64,000 bases of DNA from a virus (Duplodnaviria > Caudoviricetes). Of this stretch, positions 36,621-45,545 are shown piece by piece. The DNA lies in the IMG/VR virus record IMGVR_UViG_3300031902_000003, positions 11,824 through 75,823 of that record. The stretch is one strand, 5' to 3'. The position numbers were made by a program, and so were the translations under genes. The notes under the pieces were generated by a model that was not told the origin of the DNA, ran no database searches, and saw nothing but the letters and a program-made list of their open reading frames with translations. Position 1 is the stretch's first letter, and the number at the start of each line of letters is the position of its first letter.

Positions 36621-37420
36621 ACGTTCTGGTTGCCAGCTGAGTCGAAGGCAAACACTCTGAATGTTGGGTTAGCTCTCCATCCTCCAGCTTTAAGTACAGA
36701 GAATTGTGACCCGCTTACCAGAGCAACGAGAGTGCTTGAACCACTGTAGTTCGGAGCAAAGTTATCTCCATCGTGGATGACATCGTAGTCTCCATTAGAG
36801 AACTGAGCAACAAGCATTATTCTGCCGAATCCAGTATCGTCTGTCACGTCCAATGTTATCGGAGTCGTGGCATAGATTTGTGTACCAGGAGCAGGTAGAA
36901 TGTTGCTGACCTCTGGAGGATTACCTCCAGATGAATTTCCACCACCTTCTAGATCACCCTGAACCCTGTCTGGGAGTGATGCCGATCCAAGGTAGACTTC
37001 CCAACGGATTAGGTTGGTGAGGTCACTGGCTGTCGGTATGAACCCGTAGAGGCCATTGGCTAGAGGTACTATGGTTGGTGGCGTAACTGGTGTCCCGTCT
37101 GGTTTGTCATAGACAACAAACGTCGGTGTGAGACCAGACTGTAGAGATCCAGTTAGATCATACGCAGGGAAGAATACTTTAGATCCACCGACATAACCAG
37201 CTCCATATCTCGGATTAGAACCAGACTTACAATCTATAATATACCCGACACCGTCCGTGATGTCTAATGCCGGGCTTGTGAAAGTATAGGTGCCACCACT
37301 TAGATGTGTGATTGTTGGCTGTGACCGAGCAACATTGCTTATATCTCTGTAAGCTATGAACGTCGGCAGAGCTCCAGTAATTGGAACTCCAGTATCACTC
37401 GTCAATAAAAATGATGGCAT
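36617..37420 (-). CDS. Putative virion structural protein with tandem beta-rich repeats and an Ig-like C-terminus
   Basis: Two repeats (LPTFIAY..PTITHLSGGTYTF and LTPTFVVY..PTIVPLANGLYGF); Gly/Ser/Thr-rich; co-oriented with the fibre gene. Confidence 0.6.
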   Translation of the reverse strand: MPSFLLTSDTGVPITGALPTFIAYRDISNVARSQPTITHLSGGTYTFTSPALDITDGVGYIIDCKSGSNPRYGAGYVGGSKVFFPAYDLTGSLQSGLTPTFVVYDKPDGTPVTPPTIVPLANGLYGFIPTASDLTNLIRWEVYLGSASLPDRVQGDLEGGGNSSGGNPPEVSNILPAPGTQIYATTPITLDVTDDTGFGRIMLVAQFSNGDYDVIHDGDNFAPNYSGSSTLVALVSGSQFSVLKAGGWRANPTFRVFAFDSAGNQNV

Positions 37421-37433
37421 TTAAAATCCTTTC

Positions 37434-37691
37434 TTAGACCACTGAACCACTTACCACTGTTGGATCACCAACATCTGGTAATGCATTGACGAAGTTATCG
37501 TACTGAGTTTGCTTAGATACAGCGAAATCAGATGCCGCTTGATTAAGTTGCATGTCTAAAGCGTAAAGCTTTACCTGAAGAATTGTGATAGCATCTGCGA
37601 TTTGATTACGTAGATGTTGCTTATTCGTAACAGATGGATCTGCCTTAATCGCGTCTATTGTTGCCTTTCCCTGTTGTTTTCCTACTCCCAT
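37434..37691 (-). CDS. Small protein, possible fibre chaperone
   Basis: SD AGGAG on the minus strand; follows the fibre gene. Confidence 0.6.
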   Translation of the reverse strand: MGVGKQQGKATIDAIKADPSVTNKQHLRNQIADAITILQVKLYALDMQLNQAASDFAVSKQTQYDNFVNALPDVGDPTVVSGSVV

Positions 37692-37709
37692 GTTTTGTTT
37701 CCTCCTAAG

Positions 37710-40700
37710 TTATCCTTCAGCCAAGTATGGCGGAATTTGATCTAAATAGATATAACCCCAAGCTCCGAGTGAGTATTGAAACTGTCCGGTTGTACTATCA
37801 AGAGTTTCGAGACCATTAGCTGAGCCAGAGTTTGTTCTTGTTACATATACCATTGCATTCCCTGGTTTATAGCCAGCTGGCATCGTAAATATTGGATCTC
37901 CGGCAGTTGGTGCACCAGTTGGTAGATAGACAACCCCTCTGAAGTGTACGAAACCAAGGGCGTCCTTCATGTATTGTGCGCTTGACAATGACGCCCAAGC
38001 TCCAGAATATGTAAAATTCTGCCAGGCTTGTGTAGGGCCTATCTTTCCAGATTTATCAACATATAGTTTCTCAGTGTATGTTCCACCGATTCCTGTACCA
38101 ACAGATAGAAGCTTTGCACCTGTGTTTACTGACGCGTCACCGATTACTGTTCCGAGCTTGACAGCAACGTCCGTTGATGCAACTCCAAGATCTGACATGA
38201 GAGTTAGAGATGCAGATACGGCACCTAGAGAACCAGATTTGTCAACGTATAGTTTTTCTACATCTGCATTTCTGACGCTTACAAGCTTAGCACCGTTCGA
38301 ATTCCATACATTTATTGAATTGACAATCAGTCCCTTTGCCGTAGTTGAATCTGCAACTTCAGTACCAAGTCTCATGCCAGCAGAAGTTGATCCCCATTGA
38401 ATGCCTGCTAGCGAACCAGCATTCATGTAGATCGAGTATGATACGTTTACTAAAGGAGCTACTGCGCCACCAGCACTAAATTGACAGATATTAGAACCTT
38501 GCGAAGACAACATAACCCCACCAGTTCCAGAAGCATACAAGATAAGCTGTGATGGATGAGTGATTCCTCCATCTTTATCAACGTAGATTTTCTCAGTTCC
38601 ATTATTCTGAATGCTAAGTATCTTCGCTCCGACTGTAGAAAGTGTGTTTCCAGTGTTTATAATATTTGCAACGGCAGTAGAACTATTTGCTACACCACCT
38701 TGAATTCTGCTATTCGTAGCTCCATACATTGCTCCTTGCGCAGAATCAAATGTAACCCATGAAGCATTATTCCACGATAATCTTGTCCCTACAGAACTGT
38801 CTATACTTAGACTACCAAGCGACGCTCCAGATCCAAGAACGAATCCACCGCTAGCTCCTTTGCTGAATGAAGCATATTCTGTTTCAGATCCACTTATTCC
38901 AGATCTAATTGATAGCAGCTTTGCACCTGTGTTTACTGAAGCGTCACCGATTACTGTTCCGAGCTTGACAGCAACATCCGTAGATCCAGTTCCATTTGAT
39001 GAAGCTGCAATAAATTGTCCATCTCTCATTACCTTAACTGCGTCTTGTGTTCCAATCTTTAGACGATATGCTGGTTGAAAGAAATCTAGATTTGTAGGTG
39101 CTGAGAAGTTGAACGCAGGGATACTTGAAGTAACCATCGCCGCAGTGCTTACTGTGAAACTCATCAAGTCTGCTACGCCGTAAGTATTTGAATTTTGTAA
39201 GAATGCCATTCCCCAGTTTTCGCATACAACACCCGGAGACGTGTTTGAATAATTTCCAAAGGCAACTACGCCAAGTCCAATTGGTTGGTACCAGTAACCT
39301 CCCCACCCAGAAGATCCACCAGTTATAAGCATTCCAATTCTATTAGTTTCAACTGGAACTGTGACCTTAGCTACAGGAAGTGTTAATGAGGCTCCCTTTG
39401 ATATTGAAAAATACTCTACTTCAGATCCACCAATACCAGTTCTAACAGAGAGAAGTGGAGCTGTGCTTGCAGAAACGTTAGCTATTGAAGTTCCAACCTT
39501 CACAGCGATATCTGCTGATCCTGTTGCCATTGCAGAAACTACAGTTGCAAGACCTCCGCCAGACCCAGCTTGCATTGTAACACCAGTCGGTGTTGCCCCG
39601 ATCATATTAACGCCGTAATCCATTCTAGCGCCATATGTACTGTTTAGTGTTGCTATAGCAACTCCACCATGACCAACCATTGCACCGAATGGTTTGAATG
39701 CCATATGCTCAACGTAAGTTCCACCATTGGCCATCCCCGCACCAACTGATAACAGTTTCGCGGCTGAATTAAGAGAAGCATCAGCAACTCTCGTGCCAAG
39801 TTGAACAACCACGTCTGACGCACCCGTTCCATTTCCACCCTGAACATAAAGTTTACCGCCGGAATTTAGTGTTAGACCAGGGAGTAAATCTAAACCAGTA
39901 GATGCAGCTGCTGCCAATGCATAGTTTGTCGTAGATGGAGTAAAACTTCCAGCAGCGATGTTCAGCCAAAGCGCAGAGGCTCCGATATTTGCATTATAAG
40001 AACCAACAGCAGCTGCAACCCCAGGCGTTAATGAACTTCCAGACGTTGGAGATCCAGAAACTATAAGTGCATATGGACTCTTGATTACACCAGAAGAACT
40101 TAGAATAAGAGTTGTTCCACCCTGATATTGGATGTCTAGAATATTTCCATTGTTACTTGCTTGAGCAGCTTCAAATAGAAATGCTGGTGATGCCAATCCA
40201 GAATATGAATTCGATCCCTGTGTAAATTTTAAGCTTCTAGCATATGACTTCATGGCAAAGAAACCATCGCCGATACCTAACTGACTTCCTCCACCAGAAT
40301 ACCAACCACCAAAGTTAAGACCAGTATCACCAGCACCGTTATTGTAAATTGTGATTCCAGCAACATGAGTCTGAGTTTTACAATCGATGTTTAGAATACC
40401 GCCACCAAGTGGACCTCGGCTGACATAGACATACTCTGTTTCTCCGGCGCCAAGTCCTAGACCAGTTCTGACAGAAAAAAGCTTAGATGTTGTACTCGTC
40501 GCACCATCTATTATCTTCGTTCCAACTTTCACAGCAACATCGGCTGCCGCCAATGTTCCAGTTGTGTAACCAGATATTATAGAACCAGAGTTCCAGGATC
40601 TTATTTCTACTGGAGACGCGTAACCTTGAACATATAAAGCGCTGCTATCAAAATAAATCTTATCGAATGCTCCCCATGAAATAGAACCACCGTAACCATA

Positions 40701-40895
40701 TCCTCCAGTTCCAGCTGGAAGATTGATTGCTGGTGTATTAATACCTGGTTGAGCTATCGTTAGAGACCCTGCGTTGTTTATGTTCACACTTGCAGCAAAA
40801 GTCTTAGCTCCAGAGAATGTTTGAGCTGCAGCATTGACAAGACCTCTGAGAGATCCACTTGCATCTGGAATTGGACTTGGCTGAAAGTTGCTCAT
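37710..40895 (-). CDS. Tail fibre / receptor-binding-like protein with repeated modules
   Basis: 1061 aa, Gly/Ser/Ala/Thr-rich; about 7 DVAVKxGT..AKLLS modules; C-terminal YMKDALGFVHFRG..IFTMPAGYKP typical of fibre tip domains; SD GAGGAG. Confidence 0.75.
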   Translation of the reverse strand: MSNFQPSPIPDASGSLRGLVNAAAQTFSGAKTFAASVNINNAGSLTIAQPGINTPAINLPAGTGGYGYGGSISWGAFDKIYFDSSALYVQGYASPVEIRSWNSGSIISGYTTGTLAAADVAVKVGTKIIDGATSTTSKLFSVRTGLGLGAGETEYVYVSRGPLGGGILNIDCKTQTHVAGITIYNNGAGDTGLNFGGWYSGGGSQLGIGDGFFAMKSYARSLKFTQGSNSYSGLASPAFLFEAAQASNNGNILDIQYQGGTTLILSSSGVIKSPYALIVSGSPTSGSSLTPGVAAAVGSYNANIGASALWLNIAAGSFTPSTTNYALAAAASTGLDLLPGLTLNSGGKLYVQGGNGTGASDVVVQLGTRVADASLNSAAKLLSVGAGMANGGTYVEHMAFKPFGAMVGHGGVAIATLNSTYGARMDYGVNMIGATPTGVTMQAGSGGGLATVVSAMATGSADIAVKVGTSIANVSASTAPLLSVRTGIGGSEVEYFSISKGASLTLPVAKVTVPVETNRIGMLITGGSSGWGGYWYQPIGLGVVAFGNYSNTSPGVVCENWGMAFLQNSNTYGVADLMSFTVSTAAMVTSSIPAFNFSAPTNLDFFQPAYRLKIGTQDAVKVMRDGQFIAASSNGTGSTDVAVKLGTVIGDASVNTGAKLLSIRSGISGSETEYASFSKGASGGFVLGSGASLGSLSIDSSVGTRLSWNNASWVTFDSAQGAMYGATNSRIQGGVANSSTAVANIINTGNTLSTVGAKILSIQNNGTEKIYVDKDGGITHPSQLILYASGTGGVMLSSQGSNICQFSAGGAVAPLVNVSYSIYMNAGSLAGIQWGSTSAGMRLGTEVADSTTAKGLIVNSINVWNSNGAKLVSVRNADVEKLYVDKSGSLGAVSASLTLMSDLGVASTDVAVKLGTVIGDASVNTGAKLLSVGTGIGGTYTEKLYVDKSGKIGPTQAWQNFTYSGAWASLSSAQYMKDALGFVHFRGVVYLPTGAPTAGDPIFTMPAGYKPGNAMVYVTRTNSGSANGLETLDSTTGQFQYSLGAWGYIYLDQIPPYLAEG
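38110..38174. repeat. 65-bp intragenic direct repeat, copy A
   Basis: Matches 38917-38981 with 2 synonymous differences. Confidence 0.85.
38917..38981. repeat. 65-bp intragenic direct repeat, copy B
   Basis: Encodes DVAVKLGTVIGDASVNTGAKL in both copies. Confidence 0.85.
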
Positions 40896-40962
40896 TCTCT
40901 ATCTCCTCACGCTGCCGACACTCTATAAATATAACAAGCTTCTAAATCTATTGGATTTTTAG

Positions 40963-40991
40963 TGTATCTCTTGAAATATAAGTGGTATAAT
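40963..40991 (+). promoter_or_regulatory. Phage early promoter, leaderless start at 40997
   Basis: TGTATC-TCTTGAA...-TATAAT; ATG 5 nt downstream. Confidence 0.7.
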
Positions 40992-40996
40992 TTCTT

Positions 40997-41230
40997 ATGA
41001 CTTTGAGTGAAAAGAACAAGCTCAAGATTCATTTCTTTAAGGATTGCAGTGGTATACACTGGGGAGAACACTCTCGTTCTGTGATAGAAGATATCTCGAG
41101 GATTACCTGCGGACAATGCAAGGGAAGGATTCTTGAAGTTCTACGTCAGAAAGATTGGTCAACTCTCGGTCAGGAAGAATTAGAAGTTCTTGAGATAGCA
41201 GCTTACTTTGCAAATCTGGAAGATAAATAG
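40997..41230 (+). CDS. Hypothetical protein
   Basis: ORF behind promoter. Confidence 0.6.
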   Translation: MTLSEKNKLKIHFFKDCSGIHWGEHSRSVIEDISRITCGQCKGRILEVLRQKDWSTLGQEELEVLEIAAYFANLEDK

Positions 41231-41259
41231 TATACTTCTGGATGTCTAAATGTTATAAT
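41231..41259 (+). promoter_or_regulatory. Phage early promoter
   Basis: TATACT-17 bp-TATAAT followed by GGTATCACAAT. Confidence 0.7.
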
Positions 41260-41280
41260 GGTATCACAATGGAGACAGCC

Positions 41281-41478
41281 ATGACTTACCGAGTTACTAG
41301 AAGGTTCTATAGGGGCGACCTCCAAGGTGAACAGATTGTCGAGGAAGGTTTGAGTCTCGAGGAAGCTCAGAAGATTTGCAGAGATTTAGAATCTTCAAGT
41401 CGCACTTGCAGTAACGAAGACAATGTCAAGTTGACTGAGATGTTCGGTCCTTGGTTTAACGGATACTCGGAGGAATGA
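41281..41478 (+). CDS. Hypothetical protein
   Basis: SD GGAG; start adjusted. Confidence 0.65.
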   Translation: MTYRVTRRFYRGDLQGEQIVEEGLSLEEAQKICRDLESSSRTCSNEDNVKLTEMFGPWFNGYSEE

Positions 41479-41684
41479 TGAAGCGATTCACCGTGATGCG
41501 AAAGTATGTTGAGACCTCTATTCTTGAGATCGAAGCCGAGTCTGAGGAAGATGCTCTCGATCTTGCAGATCAGCAGGAAGAATTGTTCGAGTGCGTTGAC
41601 TCTGATACAGAGACGTGGGTGACTGATGTCGAGGAGATTGAACCCGAGGTAAAGGAAAAGAATTATACTGGTTTTGGTTGTTAG
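41475..41684 (+). CDS. Small acidic protein
   Basis: IEAESEEDALD pattern; SD GGAGG. Confidence 0.65.
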   Translation: MMKRFTVMRKYVETSILEIEAESEEDALDLADQQEELFECVDSDTETWVTDVEEIEPEVKEKNYTGFGC

Positions 41685-41694
41685 ATAGATGTCT

Positions 41695-41768
41695 GGTCCC
41701 GTAGCTCAGCTGGATAGAGCAACAGCCTTCTAAGCTGTGGGTCGCTGGTTCGAGCCCAGCCGGGATCA
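41695..41768 (+). tRNA. tRNA-Arg(UCU)
   Basis: Full cloverleaf: GGTCCCG/CGGGATC, ACAGC-CTTCTAA-GCTGT, GCTGG-TTCGAGC-CCAGC. Confidence 0.95.
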
Positions 41769-41885
41769 CTTGTCGAGTACCTGAATCCGAGAGGGTTTGT
41801 TATGCTCCTCTGGTAAGCCATTAAGTGTCTGAAGGATCCAGGGCATCATAATAGAATCCTGGGTAGACAACAAATTGGAGATAAA

Positions 41886-42071
41886 ATGACTGAACTTGAA
41901 CAGATATTGACCGACAATGTAATTGAAGCTCGTCAGGAGATTGAAAAGCTTCGACAGGAATGTCAGAAGATTCACGATAAGCTTAACGAAGTAATTGACG
42001 TTTACAACTATCACTCTAGATTCAATGTTCACGGCGGAAACTCTGATACTGTAGATGTTCTTATCCCATGA
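41886..42071 (+). CDS. Hypothetical coiled-coil protein
   Basis: SD GGAG. Confidence 0.6.
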   Translation: MTELEQILTDNVIEARQEIEKLRQECQKIHDKLNEVIDVYNYHSRFNVHGGNSDTVDVLIP

Positions 42072-42256
42072 AAACTGTTAAACTCAAGACATACATGTTG
42101 TGGCATAATGGGAAGTACCTTGGCAAGTTTACTCGAACTGTAGTGCTACACATAATTCGGGATCCTTATAACACACTTTTGCTTACAGACATTGGTCGTC
42201 ATGGTTTGTTTGTTTGGTCTCGCATAACAAACGATGAAAGGAAGCTGCATGTCTAG
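42068..42256 (+). CDS. Hypothetical protein
   Basis: ATGA overlap. Confidence 0.5.
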   Translation: MKTVKLKTYMLWHNGKYLGKFTRTVVLHIIRDPYNTLLLTDIGRHGLFVWSRITNDERKLHV

Positions 42257-42458
42257 CAAATTTTCTCGCTACGAGCTCATGTCCGTAGAAGACATGATCG
42301 TTGATCTGAGTTTCTCAATGAACCCTCTCGACATCAAAGATAGAACTATCGTAGCAAACTTTCTTAGAAAGTATATTGCCCTTGATAAGTTCGAACGGAC
42401 AATCATGGAAGCTAGAGGTGAAGTTCTCCGAACTCCTCAGATCAAGGTTGATCAATGA
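42249..42458 (+). CDS. Hypothetical protein
   Basis: Overlapping operon ORF. Confidence 0.55.
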   Translation: MSSKFSRYELMSVEDMIVDLSFSMNPLDIKDRTIVANFLRKYIALDKFERTIMEARGEVLRTPQIKVDQ

Positions 42459-42646
42459 GAATCCCTAAACACATTCATCTCGACCTTGACTTCCCTTTCA
42501 AGAAAGAAAGCCTTTGGCCAGTCGTAACTCAGCATCAATCTTACTCTGAAGGAATCTGGTTTGATAAAGGATGCACGGCCGTCACGATCGGTCCTATTCG
42601 TGTTTGCATTACGTGGGAAGTTCCAAAGGAAAACTTAGATGACTGA
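42455..42646 (+). CDS. Hypothetical protein
   Basis: ATGA overlap. Confidence 0.55.
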   Translation: MRIPKHIHLDLDFPFKKESLWPVVTQHQSYSEGIWFDKGCTAVTIGPIRVCITWEVPKENLDD

Positions 42647-42721
42647 CGTCGAATTACTGGCGTTACTTGCTTTGTTCTGGATAATTTTGCTGACGGCAGA
42701 TGCTTCAATGGATAACAAGAA

Positions 42722-42955
42722 ATGAAAAAGTCTTTCGTATTAAATGTCATTCAGAGTCTTTACCCAGACATTCCTCCCTGCGAACATGGGAAACATTGTG
42801 GTGAATGCTTTAAGCCAGAAGATCTTATTGGTGATCCAGATTCAATCTTTGAAAGAATTGATGAACTTATTCTTGCAGAGAAACAATTGGATAAGCTTCA
42901 AGGTCAGATCAACATCATTACGAATACTTTGAAATCGATGAGAGTCTTGAAATGA
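42722..42955 (+). CDS. Hypothetical protein
   Basis: Operon ORF. Confidence 0.55.
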   Translation: MKKSFVLNVIQSLYPDIPPCEHGKHCGECFKPEDLIGDPDSIFERIDELILAEKQLDKLQGQINIITNTLKSMRVLK

Positions 42956-43221
42956 AATTCAAACCTCTCGACAAAGTCAAGTGCGTTCAAGGATCTGAAG
43001 ATACGAATCACTGTCCAGTTCTTGGAAAGACTTATACTGTTCTTCGTGCATACGAAGTGATTGTGCATGTGAATTGCTGTGATGAACATTCAAGGTTTCG
43101 TGCTACTCTCGATGATGTAATGGGTTGGAACGTGGATAGGTTTGAAAAGGTGAATGAGGATAACACTCTCAATTGTGATGGAGGTGGCCAAGATCACCTC
43201 CAGAGTGAACGAGATGTATAG
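42952..43221 (+). CDS. SH3-like hypothetical protein
   Basis: KFKPLDKVKCV pattern; 3' end runs into repeat copy 2. Confidence 0.6.
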   Translation: MKFKPLDKVKCVQGSEDTNHCPVLGKTYTVLRAYEVIVHVNCCDEHSRFRATLDDVMGWNVDRFEKVNEDNTLNCDGGGQDHLQSERDV

Positions 43222-43281
43222 GATGTGTGAATAGGTGGTTGAGCTTCCCTCGTCCCTTCTGAGTGTCACTGGCTCCCTTAG
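43201..43281. repeat. Dispersed inverted-repeat element, copy 2
   Basis: CAGAGTGAACGAG-35 nt-CTCGTCCCTTCTGAGTGTCACTGGCTCCCTTAG. Confidence 0.8.
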
Positions 43282-43291
43282 ATAAATCATA

Positions 43292-43320
43292 TGTACTTCT
43301 GGAAATAGAAGTGGTATAAT
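43292..43320 (+). promoter_or_regulatory. Phage early promoter
   Basis: TGTACT-TCTGGAA...-TATAAT with 17-bp spacer. Confidence 0.75.
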
Positions 43321-43347
43321 GGTTCTACAATCAAAGGAGAACATACA

Positions 43348-43596
43348 ATGATGAACCCCAAGCAGCTTGAGGAAGTTAAGCGTGGTCTCCGAAACACTTG
43401 GCAGATGATCGGTGGCGAGATTGCTCAGGGACGGGCTGTTCCTCGAGATGAGGTTATTGAGGTCGTGCTTGACTCTAGCTATCTTGAGTACGAGGGTCGC
43501 ATTGACAAATCTCTTGTGAAGGAATTCCGCAAGCTTTCCTTCGACGAGCAGATCAAGATTGCCGAGGAATGCTTCCCTTGCCGGTGGTATGAATAA
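43348..43596 (+). CDS. Hypothetical protein
   Basis: SD AAGGAG. Confidence 0.7.
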   Translation: MMNPKQLEEVKRGLRNTWQMIGGEIAQGRAVPRDEVIEVVLDSSYLEYEGRIDKSLVKEFRKLSFDEQIKIAEECFPCRWYE

Positions 43597-43808
43597 ACTC
43601 TCAGATAAATTCTGGCATACAGTTTTCTGGTTGCTCTGGATAATTGTATTATTGGCAAGATTTTTCTCTGCCTGGGAGACCAGATGATCATCGAATTCTT
43701 GAAGGGTGTTGTAGATGTTCTCGCTAATTTCTTTCTGTATTGTATTAGCTTGATCATTACTTTTTTCGCAGTGTACTTGCTGATTACAGTTCTTGCTTAC
43801 TTCTTGAA

Positions 43809-44015
43809 GTGGACCTGACAATGGCCATTGTAAATCATCAACCGTATTGTCCAGATTGTTTTGTATCAAATGGTGGACACCACACATGGGATTGTAATTA
43901 CGCTGTCTCAGACTACAAGCCGCCCGTTAAGAAGTGTGAGTGCGGGGTAGTTGCGATTGGTTATAGCATCGATGCACCAGTACATTCTTGGTGGTGTCCT
44001 GCTGTCAAAAAGTAG
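43809..44015 (+). CDS. Cys/His-rich small protein
   Basis: CPDC..HHTWDC and CECG..HSWWC. Confidence 0.55.
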   Translation: MDLTMAIVNHQPYCPDCFVSNGGHHTWDCNYAVSDYKPPVKKCECGVVAIGYSIDAPVHSWWCPAVKK

Positions 44016-44044
44016 TTTACATCTTGAAATGAAAGTGTTATAAT
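44016..44044 (+). promoter_or_regulatory. Phage early promoter, leaderless start at 44051
   Basis: TTTACA-17 bp-TATAAT; ATG 6 nt downstream. Confidence 0.8.
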
Positions 44045-44050
44045 ATTCTC

Positions 44051-44236
44051 ATGATCACACAGGAGAAACTTGAAGAGATTGTTCGGGACCTGACCATTGG
44101 TGCGGGGGAAACTTACAGCACCACGAACATCATCTATGCTGTCGAGAAGAAGATTGGCGAGCGTCTTAATCTCGCTCAGGAACGGATTGTCCAGCGTACT
44201 AATCACGAATGTCAGATGCGAATGGAGTTCCCGTGA
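44051..44236 (+). CDS. Hypothetical protein
   Basis: ORF behind promoter. Confidence 0.65.
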   Translation: MITQEKLEEIVRDLTIGAGETYSTTNIIYAVEKKIGERLNLAQERIVQRTNHECQMRMEFP

Positions 44237-44448
44237 CCAAGGAAGACGTGATCGAGAAGTTCTGCATGATTGCCATGAACGTGATGGAGAAGCGGTTTCA
44301 TTATAGTGAAGCAGCAGACTGCTTTTGTCATTGCTGTAATCAAAGATCATTTCGTGATTATCATTTCTCTCCTCATGTTCTTACTTTCATTGAGCAGGCC
44401 GTGAATGATGCTCTCGCTCGTCGTCAGTTCAATGGGAATCCAGATTAA
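44233..44448 (+). CDS. Hypothetical protein
   Basis: GTGA overlap; ADCFCHCC. Confidence 0.6.
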   Translation: MTKEDVIEKFCMIAMNVMEKRFHYSEAADCFCHCCNQRSFRDYHFSPHVLTFIEQAVNDALARRQFNGNPD

Positions 44449-44456
44449 ACTTTGTA

Positions 44457-44485
44457 TGTACATCTCTGAAGAATAGGAATATAAT
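44457..44485 (+). promoter_or_regulatory. Phage early promoter, leaderless start at 44492
   Basis: TGTACA-17 bp-TATAAT; ATG 6 nt downstream. Confidence 0.75.
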
Positions 44486-44491
44486 AGTTAA

Positions 44492-44740
44492 ATGGACAAC
44501 TCAAATAAGAAGTTGACGAATTCAGAGCTTAGGCAGATGGTCGATATCACTGGGCGTGATTACAACATCGTGGCCCAGAAGGATATTTTGAAAATGTGGC
44601 AAGGTAACATCGAATCGTTTCGTCCCAGTAATGATGCCGAGTTTGACATGCTTCGTATGGATGCACTCAAGGGATACAGAGATGCTATGAAGCTTCAGTT
44701 GAAGCTTGCCGAGGCATGTCGTCTCCGCCTCGAGAAGTAA
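44492..44740 (+). CDS. Hypothetical protein
   Basis: ORF behind promoter. Confidence 0.65.
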   Translation: MDNSNKKLTNSELRQMVDITGRDYNIVAQKDILKMWQGNIESFRPSNDAEFDMLRMDALKGYRDAMKLQLKLAEACRLRLEK

Positions 44741-44746
44741 AGGTTT

Positions 44747-44850
44747 AGGGGCGCTCGGTGTTCTTCCACCGACCTGAGGGTCGATGGTCGAGCAGCTTGC
44801 GGTTGTTTGACGACAGCGAAGATCTACGCGTCAACGTAGATTTAACCCCT
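44747..44850 (+). ncRNA. Structured ncRNA candidate with two complementary hairpin loops
   Basis: AGGGG/CCCCT closing stem then GTTTTT; loops TTGACG (44807-12) and CGTCAA (44829-34) are exact reverse complements. Confidence 0.65.
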
Positions 44851-44907
44851 GTTTTTGTTGCCGCGGCTGGCGGATCCAGTCTGAAGTTGTAGAGAAGTTG
44901 AGGTAAC

Positions 44908-45264
44908 ATGGCTAAGAACCAAAGGCCGTTTCGTGGTCAGAAGGAAGTGGAGTTGTCCAGTCAGCCGTTCAAGTCTGCTCTCAAGGGGATGAAGGCTGGT
45001 CCGTTGTGTTTGAAGTGCAATGACACGATGGATACTCGTGAGTCGTATTCGGTGTCAAACCCTCGTGGCAGCCGTAAGCTGCAGCGTCATGGCTTCCTGC
45101 ATGAAGAGTGCATGGTCGAAGCCGAGAAGAAGTATCACGAGGAAGAGTGGAAACCCGGTGAGAAGCCCGGGACCTACCTGAAGTTCGTGAAGCGTTCCGT
45201 TGGCATGGAGCTTCCCGTGTTCACCGATGCTGAGATCACCACGCTGTTGAATGGAGAGGAATAA
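44908..45264 (+). CDS. Hypothetical protein
   Basis: SD GAGG; CLKC...HEEC. Confidence 0.65.
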   Translation: MAKNQRPFRGQKEVELSSQPFKSALKGMKAGPLCLKCNDTMDTRESYSVSNPRGSRKLQRHGFLHEECMVEAEKKYHEEEWKPGEKPGTYLKFVKRSVGMELPVFTDAEITTLLNGEE

Positions 45265-45266
45265 TC

Positions 45267-45542
45267 ATGAGCTACAATCCCCCGAAGAATATGTACAAGG
45301 ACGAGTACGGTGTTGCTCGCTTTAACGATCCTGGCACTGCACCTGATGCTGGTCGAGGTAAGCGGTTGTTTCACGGTGTGATCACCCGCCGAACCGATGT
45401 GCTTCGCAATAAGCAGGAAGCAGATGTCTTCGCAACCGAGGATGAGGTCATCGGCGCGATCGTTCGTCAGTGCCCGAATCCTTGGGCTGGGCAGGACGTC
45501 GGCGAAGTCAAGACCAATATCTTCTTCACGAAGGTTAAGTAA
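45267..45542 (+). CDS. Hypothetical protein
   Basis: SD GAGGA. Confidence 0.65.
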   Translation: MSYNPPKNMYKDEYGVARFNDPGTAPDAGRGKRLFHGVITRRTDVLRNKQEADVFATEDEVIGAIVRQCPNPWAGQDVGEVKTNIFFTKVK

Positions 45543-45545
45543 GTT

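Noticed and set aside
38110-38981. Diversity-generating retroelement TR/VR pair in the fibre gene
   Set aside because: The two differences are synonymous and not adenine-specific, both copies are intragenic, and no reverse transcriptase is in the window.
40924-40931. T4-type late promoter TATAAATA for the fibre module
   Set aside because: It is on the + strand, opposite to the module, and occurs in AT-rich sequence.
44747-44790. TPP riboswitch (AGGGGxGC...CTGAG start)
   Set aside because: The conserved 3' half (GAACCTGATC...TAAT...GCGxAGGGA) is absent and no thiamine gene follows.
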